Part shown: in pieces, positions 58,497-64,000 of the stretch | Layout: the number at the start of each line of letters is the position of its first letter | Position numbering within the stretch: the stretch's first letter is position 1 | Assembly: GCA_964545575.1 (NCBI GenBank) | Contig: CAZJFL010000005.1 | Span: forward strand, 8,617 to 72,616 | Direction of reading: 5' to 3' | Length of the DNA: 64,000 nucleotides | Origin: an uncultured Planctomycetales bacterium | Lineage (GTDB): Bacteria > Omnitrophota > Gorgyraeia > Gygaellales > Profunditerraquicolaceae | Made by a program: the position numbers and the translations under genes | Notes under the pieces: generated by a model | The model's database searches: none | What the model was told of the DNA's origin: nothing | Seen by the model: only the letters and a program-made list of their open reading frames with translations

Positions 58497-59679
58497 TAAT
58501 AGGCGCGGTATAACACTCTTAGCTGCATACCTGGTAATAGCAGTCCTGGCTATTTTAGGCACTGCCTTTGTGGTGCGCAGCATCTCCGAAGGCCTGACCA
58601 TAAAAAAACATGCGGATTCAAGCAACGCTTTTTGGATTGCGGAGACGGGTATACAGAAAGCCTTGTGGGAGAAAAATTATAACAATTGCGCAAACTGCAC
58701 TAGTTGTGGTTCCAGCCTTTGCCTGAATGGAAATTTAGCTTCGGGTAGCTATAGTGTGACTATCAGCGGTACGGTAATTACCTCAGTTGGCACTTCTTCT
58801 CTGGGCGCAATCAGGAGAATCAGGGTTGATACCATAGGCGGCTCTCCGTTTACTTATGCGATGTTCGGGGCAAGCTCCATATATATGACAAACAACGCCC
58901 ATACCGACAGCTATGATTCTTCCTTAGGGCCTTACGGCGGCGATAACGCATATCATAACGGAGACGTCGGCACTAACGGCACGGCTACGGGCGCGATAAC
59001 CATATTAAATAACGGCGTCATAGAAGGAGATGCTAATACCGGCCCGGGAGGGACAATCGAGAAGTCGCAAAATGCCGAAATTACCGGAGATATAACCCAC
59101 GACAATAATATCTCATTACCTCTGGTTTATGCCCCGCAGGGTTTTACTACAGAGCCCGGAGGAGACCTGAATGTGTCCGGAGACGAGACGCCGACGCTTA
59201 ATTCAGGCGATTATAGATACAACTCCATAAGCATAAGCAATAATGCCATATTGACTATCAGCGGCACGGTAAGAATTTATGTGACCAGCACCGCTCAAGC
59301 GCTAGAGATCCTCAATAACGCGCATCTCAATATCGCTAGCGGGGCTAATTTAGTCCTTTATAGCGACGGTAAGTGCGATCTGGGCAATAACGGATTAGTG
59401 AATAATACTGCAAAGCCGGAGAATTTTGTCTTATGGAGCGCTTATTCCGGAAGTAACGGCGTGCAGATTAACAATAACGGAAATATGTACGGCGTAATCT
59501 ATGCCCCCAACGCAAACATCTCGGTTACTAATAACGGCAGCATATTCGGCTCTATTATAGGAAATGAACTGAGTGTTTCAAATAACGCGCATGTTCATTA
59601 CGACGAACATTTACCTCAGGTGTTATCTTATCCGGAAGGAAATTCCAAGATTTCCGTTAAGAACTGGCAGGAACTATAA
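58486..59679 (+). CDS. PilX-N-domain large minor pilin / putative pilus-tip protein with Asn/Gly-rich beta-helix-like repeats
   Basis: RRGITLLAAYLVIAVLAILGTAFVVRS...NAFWIAETGIQKAL (PilX_N-like); Cys cluster NCANCTSCGSSLC; repeated NNGxI/NNAHL units. Confidence 0.6.
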   Translation: MGINNRRGITLLAAYLVIAVLAILGTAFVVRSISEGLTIKKHADSSNAFWIAETGIQKALWEKNYNNCANCTSCGSSLCLNGNLASGSYSVTISGTVITSVGTSSLGAIRRIRVDTIGGSPFTYAMFGASSIYMTNNAHTDSYDSSLGPYGGDNAYHNGDVGTNGTATGAITILNNGVIEGDANTGPGGTIEKSQNAEITGDITHDNNISLPLVYAPQGFTTEPGGDLNVSGDETPTLNSGDYRYNSISISNNAILTISGTVRIYVTSTAQALEILNNAHLNIASGANLVLYSDGKCDLGNNGLVNNTAKPENFVLWSAYSGSNGVQINNNGNMYGVIYAPNANISVTNNGSIFGSIIGNELSVSNNAHVHYDEHLPQVLSYPEGNSKISVKNWQEL

Positions 59680-59739
59680 AATGTTTTTTAAAACTCTTAA
59701 ATTTAGCCGCTAGTTTGGCTAAGAAAGGGAGGCCGGAAG

Positions 59740-61077
59740 ATGAAAATAAATAATAAACGCGGGATAGCCCTGATAGCCGCTTATATGGTGATTGCGGTTT
59801 TGAGTTTCTTGAGCGCTGCCTTTGTGATCAGGAGCACTTCTGAGAGCCGGACAATTCGCGGGTATGAAAATTCCAACAAGGCATTCTGGCTTGCAGAGGC
59901 CGGTATCCAGAAGGCGCTCTGGGACATAAATTATAATGGCTGCAGCCAGTGTTGCGGTGTGCCTTACACGGCCTGTACTCACGCCTGTTCTACGCCGTGG
60001 TGCATGCAGATCACTGCCGATGGTTATGATGTGAAAAAAGACGGCTCGACGATTATTTCCACTGCTACTGTCGGGGAGGCTCCGTCTCCGCGGGTCACGC
60101 GCACAATTCAGGTAACGCTTGGCACCGGCACAACGCCCAAACCTTTTACTTCTCCGATTTTTGGAAATTCCTCGATACATATGTATCAGAATGCATTGAC
60201 GGATAGCTACGATTCTTTAAAAGGACCTTACGAGGACCAGCTCGGGGCTAATCGTTCAATGAATGGCAGTGTAGGTACAAACGGAAGTATGCCAGGAGTT
60301 GTCACCATAGATAATAACGGCTATATATATGGCATGACAACTACCGTAGGAGGAACAGTAGAGAAGGCTAATGGCGCTTACATTTATTGCCAAGCTTGCC
60401 CACTAGGCGGAGAAGAATGCGAGAACGACTGTATAAACAATCTTGCTAAGACTCGGGATTTACCTCTTATCGATGCTCCTGATGAGCTTAAAAACGCGCT
60501 TACTGAAGGGCCATATACGGTTCTTAAGAGTGCGTCCGCGATTTTACCCATGGGCGACCACCGTTATGATTCAATTAACATAGGGATTGGTGGGACATTG
60601 AATGTCAGCGGTAAGACGCGGCTCTACCTTACCGCGGCACAAGCAATAGATATTGGTAATAATGGAGTAATCCATATTATGCCGGGAGCCAGCCTGACAA
60701 TCTATACTACAGGTTCCGCTAATCTGGGGAATAACGGTTTGTTCAATGATACGCAATTTCCGAAGAATTTCATACTTTACAGCACGTATTCCGGGCCAAA
60801 CGTAATGACTATTTCTAATAACGTTGATTGGTACGGAGCGATTTATGCCCCTAATACGAATATAACAATCACTAATAACGGCCGCCTCTTTGGCGCTATC
60901 GTGGGCAACAATCTTAATGTTTTTAACAATGCGCAAATTCATTTTGACGAACAGCTCCAGACTGTAACGGGAACAGAAACACCCCCCCCCTCGGAGAAAC
61001 CATCCATAACCAGCTGGCAGGAATGCAAGTACCCAGACTGTCATCAAGACCTAGGCGGAGGCGCGGGAGGCCTGTAA
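59740..61077 (+). CDS. paralog of the 58486 gene: PilX-N-domain putative tip protein with Cys-rich module
   Basis: KRGIALIAAYMVIAVLSFLSAAFVIRS...KAFWLAEAGIQKAL; CSQCCGVPYTACTHACSTPWC; C-terminus NNGRLFGAIVGNNLNVFNNAQIHFDEQL parallels the upstream paralog. Confidence 0.6.
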   Translation: MKINNKRGIALIAAYMVIAVLSFLSAAFVIRSTSESRTIRGYENSNKAFWLAEAGIQKALWDINYNGCSQCCGVPYTACTHACSTPWCMQITADGYDVKKDGSTIISTATVGEAPSPRVTRTIQVTLGTGTTPKPFTSPIFGNSSIHMYQNALTDSYDSLKGPYEDQLGANRSMNGSVGTNGSMPGVVTIDNNGYIYGMTTTVGGTVEKANGAYIYCQACPLGGEECENDCINNLAKTRDLPLIDAPDELKNALTEGPYTVLKSASAILPMGDHRYDSINIGIGGTLNVSGKTRLYLTAAQAIDIGNNGVIHIMPGASLTIYTTGSANLGNNGLFNDTQFPKNFILYSTYSGPNVMTISNNVDWYGAIYAPNTNITITNNGRLFGAIVGNNLNVFNNAQIHFDEQLQTVTGTETPPPSEKPSITSWQECKYPDCHQDLGGGAGGL

Positions 61078-61080
61078 AAC

Positions 61081-62079
61081 ATGGATTTATTTAAGCCCAA
61101 AGAAAAATTTTCGCTGGGGCTGGATATCGGCACCTCCCAGATAAAGCTGGTAAAATTAAAGCTGGGCAAGGATACGACCGAACTTTGCGCCTTTGCCATT
61201 GAGCCGTTTCAGGACAGCCCGCTGGCGGCGTTAAAGAAAATTGCCGCGGCAGAAGCGGTTAAGAAAGTAAACATCTCTGTTTCCGGCCCCGCGGCAATTA
61301 TCAGGTATGTAAACCTGCCCCGCATGAACACGGAAGAGCTGAGGCAGTCATTAAAGTTCGAGGCGGAAAAACATATTCCCTTCCCCGCATCCGAAGTAAA
61401 TACCGATGCCTCTATTTTAAAAGCCGACTTACCGGATAATAAAATGCTGGTTTTGATCGCCGCGGTAAAAAAAGAGTTCGTCAACCAGCGCATAAAATTA
61501 GTCGAAGAGGCCGGTTTAAAAGTTAATGCCATAGATATCGATTCGCTCGCCATTATCAATGCCTTTAATTTCAATTATCCCGGAAGCGATAATCCTAAGG
61601 CCGTGGGGTTATTGAATATCGGCGCGACCTATAGCAACCTCAATATTCTGGAGGGGGCTCTCCCGCGCCTGAGCCGCGATATACATATTGCCGGAAATAG
61701 CTTTACGCGGAAGGTTTCCGATGCCCTGACTTTGGACAAGGAGCCTATAGAGGCATTAAAGGTCAGCCCGGATAAAGAGCATGCCGATAGGTCAAGCGCT
61801 AGTGTTGACGCATCTTTTTTGCAATTAGTCGGTGAAATAAGGACATCTTTCGATTATTATGAAAGCCAGAGCGCTTCTTCCGTAACCAAGATTTTCTTAA
61901 GCGGGGGAGCCAGCCTTTTTCCCGGGCTTAAGGATAACTTGGCTAATATGTTGGGCATAGAAGTAGATTATTGGGACCCCATAAAGCAGCTCACTCTTTC
62001 CAGCAGAGTCGATAGAGAAGCCATAAAAGCAGTGTCTCTGGAATTAGCCACGGCAGTAGGCCTGAGTTTGCGTTTTTAA
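61081..62079 (+). CDS. pilM: type IV pilus assembly protein PilM (actin-like ATPase fold)
   Basis: FSLGLDIGTSQIKLVKL N-terminus; 332 aa; followed by pilNOPQ. Confidence 0.85.
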   Translation: MDLFKPKEKFSLGLDIGTSQIKLVKLKLGKDTTELCAFAIEPFQDSPLAALKKIAAAEAVKKVNISVSGPAAIIRYVNLPRMNTEELRQSLKFEAEKHIPFPASEVNTDASILKADLPDNKMLVLIAAVKKEFVNQRIKLVEEAGLKVNAIDIDSLAIINAFNFNYPGSDNPKAVGLLNIGATYSNLNILEGALPRLSRDIHIAGNSFTRKVSDALTLDKEPIEALKVSPDKEHADRSSASVDASFLQLVGEIRTSFDYYESQSASSVTKIFLSGGASLFPGLKDNLANMLGIEVDYWDPIKQLTLSSRVDREAIKAVSLELATAVGLSLRF

Positions 62080-62081
62080 AA

Positions 62082-62657
62082 ATGATAGAGATAAACCTTC
62101 TACCTCAGGAATTAAAACATAAACCTAAGAAACCGGGTATCGACTTTGAGTCTAAAGAGACGCTTTATTTTATCCCGCTTGTTGTAGGTGTAATTTTAAT
62201 CCTGCATGTTTTCCTTGGCGGCATACTTGTTTTAAGGAATTTTCAGGCTGTCGGGATGAACGCAAGATGGCAGAAATTGGAGTCGCAAAGAAAGGCCTTG
62301 GAGGTTTTTCGCAGCGAAGCCGCGCATCTTTCGGCGGATGCCTTAGCCCTGCAGCAAATCCATGATAAAACCATAAAATGGGCCCCGAAATTAAACAAAC
62401 TAAGCCTTGATTTACCCTCGGGGATATGGTTCAGGAGCATTAATTTTACCTCCAATCTTCTGGACATCCGCGCATCGGTGGTATCCCTAAAGATGAGCGA
62501 GTTGGTTCTGATTAACCAGTACATAGATAATCTTAAGAAAGATAATGATTTCTTTGCCGATTTCTCAAAACTTGACCTTGATTCCGTGGAAAAAAAGAAA
62601 ATCGGCGGCTACGAAATAGCCGAATTCTCACTGGCCGCTAAGCCGAAAGAAAAATGA
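62082..62657 (+). CDS. pilN: type IV pilus assembly protein PilN
   Basis: MIEINLLPQELK N-terminus, single TM, 191 aa. Confidence 0.8.
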   Translation: MIEINLLPQELKHKPKKPGIDFESKETLYFIPLVVGVILILHVFLGGILVLRNFQAVGMNARWQKLESQRKALEVFRSEAAHLSADALALQQIHDKTIKWAPKLNKLSLDLPSGIWFRSINFTSNLLDIRASVVSLKMSELVLINQYIDNLKKDNDFFADFSKLDLDSVEKKKIGGYEIAEFSLAAKPKEK

Positions 62658-63220
62658 CGCAGATATTAAGCAAATTACAAAATTTTCCCCTCGATAAGAA
62701 GAAAATAATAGCGATCCTGGCCTTTGTCGCAGTGCTTGTTTTCTTAGACGTGTCTTTTATAATCAAGGCACAGATTAAAAGCATAAAGAATGTTTCGGGA
62801 AAAGTCGCAAATTTAAAGAAAAAAATTGATACACTAAACAATGAGCTCGCCCTAATGAAGCAGGTGCAGGTAGAACGCAAACTTAAGGTGCCGCCCAAGG
62901 TAAAAAAAATAATTTCCGGAAGCGACCTTCCCGCTCTGATACAGGATATAGATGCGCTGGCAAAGAAGAATAACGTCAGAGTCACCCAGATAAAACCCGG
63001 TTGGAGCATGGGCGATCAAAAAATCGCCGTCGGTAATTTCTCCCCGGTTTCCATACTGCTGGAGATGAATTGTAATTACCATCAGTTCGGCAGCTTTATA
63101 AATGATTTAGAAAATGCGCAGAATTTTATAGCGGTTGAACAGATGGAGATCGTGCCGCTTGGGAATGATTGTTTTCAGCAAAAGATAAAGCTTCTTTTAA
63201 GGACATATGTTAAAAAGTAG
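62654..63220 (+). CDS. pilO: type IV pilus assembly protein PilO
   Basis: Single TM, coiled coil, 188 aa; position between pilN and pilP. Confidence 0.7.
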   Translation: MTQILSKLQNFPLDKKKIIAILAFVAVLVFLDVSFIIKAQIKSIKNVSGKVANLKKKIDTLNNELALMKQVQVERKLKVPPKVKKIISGSDLPALIQDIDALAKKNNVRVTQIKPGWSMGDQKIAVGNFSPVSILLEMNCNYHQFGSFINDLENAQNFIAVEQMEIVPLGNDCFQQKIKLLLRTYVKK

Positions 63221-63617
63221 GATTAGTTCGGGGTTCAGCGTTCAGCGTTCAGTGCTTTTCGTCATAGGTATTTTGTTATTTTCTTCATTGCTAAAGTTTT
63301 CTTTAGCGCAAAACGATTATGTTTATGACTCAAAAGGCAAGCGCGACCCTTTTATTCCTCTGGTAAGCCCCGCAGGTGTGTTGGTGAAATTAGATAAGGA
63401 TGAAGGGACGGTGGCGTCTGAGCTAAAAATCGAGGGTATCATCTTCGACAAAAACGGAGCCTCCTATGCCATTGTGGGCGCAAAAGTAGTCAGGGTCGGG
63501 GATTCAATCACCGACGGATGCCAAGTTTTAAAAATAGAACAGGATAAAGTTATTTTTATTAAAGAGGGCGTGCCTTTGGAGATCCATTTGAAGGAGGATA
63601 GCAATAATGCTAAATAG
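63207..63617 (+). CDS. pilP: type IV pilus assembly lipoprotein-like PilP
   Basis: Signal peptide, RDPFIPL motif, beta-rich C-terminal domain; immediately upstream of pilQ. Confidence 0.7.
   Translation: MLKSRISSGFSVQRSVLFVIGILLFSSLLKFSLAQNDYVYDSKGKRDPFIPLVSPAGVLVKLDKDEGTVASELKIEGIIFDKNGASYAIVGAKVVRVGDSITDGCQVLKIEQDKVIFIKEGVPLEIHLKEDSNNAK
63233..63253 (+). repeat. GTTCAGC-GTTCAGC-GTTCAGT heptamer array in the pilP 5' region (encodes GFSVQRSV)
   Basis: Read directly; same GTTCAGN family as in hisF and pdxA. Confidence 0.85.
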
Positions 63618-64000
63618 GCTCAAAGTTATTAAGTTTATAAGACGGGCTTTTTTAAGTTTGGCCTGTGTTGCTTTTTTGATCACCGTTGGTTTTGCCGAAG
63701 TAAATAACGAAGAGACAAACACAACTGCAGAGGCCCAGATCCAGCAGGAGACAGCTAGCGTTCCGCCGCAGTTTCAGCCCGGCATATCGGAGAATTTATC
63801 CGCGTCAGAAAACGTGACTATGGATTTTAAGGATGCCGATATCCAGAATGTCTTAAGGATTATTTCCTATAAAGCAGGCGTCAATATCGTCACTACGCCG
63901 GAAGTCATGGGAAACGTAACCATAAGATTGGTGGATGTGCCCTGGGAAGAGGCGCTGGATATAATATTAAAAACTTACGGCTTTAGTTATCAGAAGCAGG
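63608..64000 (+). CDS. pilQ: type IV pilus secretin PilQ, N-terminal part (truncated by window end)
   Basis: Signal peptide; NVTMDFKDADIQNVLRIISYKAGVNIVTTPEVMGNVTIRLVDVPWEEALDIIL matches secretin N0/AMIN-type domains. Confidence 0.8.

Noticed and set aside
159-63722. All minus-strand ORFs in the six-frame track (e.g. 794-1066, 7316-7690, 17393-17806, 59719-60180, 60571-61047)
   Set aside because: Each lies entirely inside a well-supported + strand gene, has low-complexity or Ser/Arg/Cys-rich composition typical of antisense frames, and has no recognisable domain or initiation context. Treated as spurious.
1-64000. CRISPR arrays, tRNA/rRNA genes, transposases, integrases, phage genes, toxin-antitoxin pairs
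   Set aside because: I scanned the intergenic regions and ORF translations. There are no direct-repeat/spacer arrays, no cloverleaf-like conserved tRNA segments, and no DDE/tyrosine-recombinase-like ORFs.

Overview
This 64 kb window carries about 62 protein-coding genes, every one on the + strand, tightly packed and often overlapping by 1-44 nt. The minus-strand ORFs in the track all sit inside + strand genes and look spurious. I found no rRNA, tRNA, CRISPR array, transposase or integrase. Most of the content is core housekeeping: hisA(3' end)-hisF-hisI, trpE plus a separate trpGDCFBA operon, rpsP, yajC-secDF, a short Mfd-like helicase, surA-like, pdxA, rsmA, polA, glgA, coaE, rho, rpmE, prfA-prmC, murA, miaB-like/miaA, hflX, a CIRCE-controlled hrcA-grpE-dnaK-dnaJ operon, accD, two GGDEF cyclases, a ROK kinase and lptD. 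SurA, LptD, the SPOR protein and the LPS-type genes point to a Gram-negative diderm; the many TPR proteins and pilins suggest an uncultivated lineage, but lineage is only a guess. The last ~15 kb is an accessory-looking block. It holds a nucleotide-sugar operon (ugd, UDP-HexNAc dehydrogenase, epimerase, UDP-xylose synthase) and then a type IV pilus locus. The pilus locus has two tandem near-identical major pilin genes with their own sigma70-like promoters, a GT-C glycosyltransferase with TPR repeats embedded among the pilins, a pilin paralog with a degenerate prepilin signal, two minor pilins, two large paralogous PilX-N-domain putative tip proteins, and pilMNOPQ (pilQ is cut at the window end). 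The most unusual signal is not a gene. Short tandem arrays of heptanucleotides, usually 3-5 copies and mostly sharing a GTTC core (GTTCAGA, GTTCAGG, GTTCAGY, TTCACGG, CGAACAC, GAGAACA), lie in-frame inside conserved genes (hisF, pdxA, prmC, the miaB-like gene, pilP) and often coincide with lineage-specific loop insertions. A second heptamer family (TTGGGRT/TTTGGAT) builds the signal-peptide coding DNA of SurA, LptD and a SPOR/TPR protein. Other points of interest are a conserved palindromic motif placed right before the glgA and uxs start codons, and a second lipid-linked glycosylation module (GT2-methyltransferase fusion plus GT-C).
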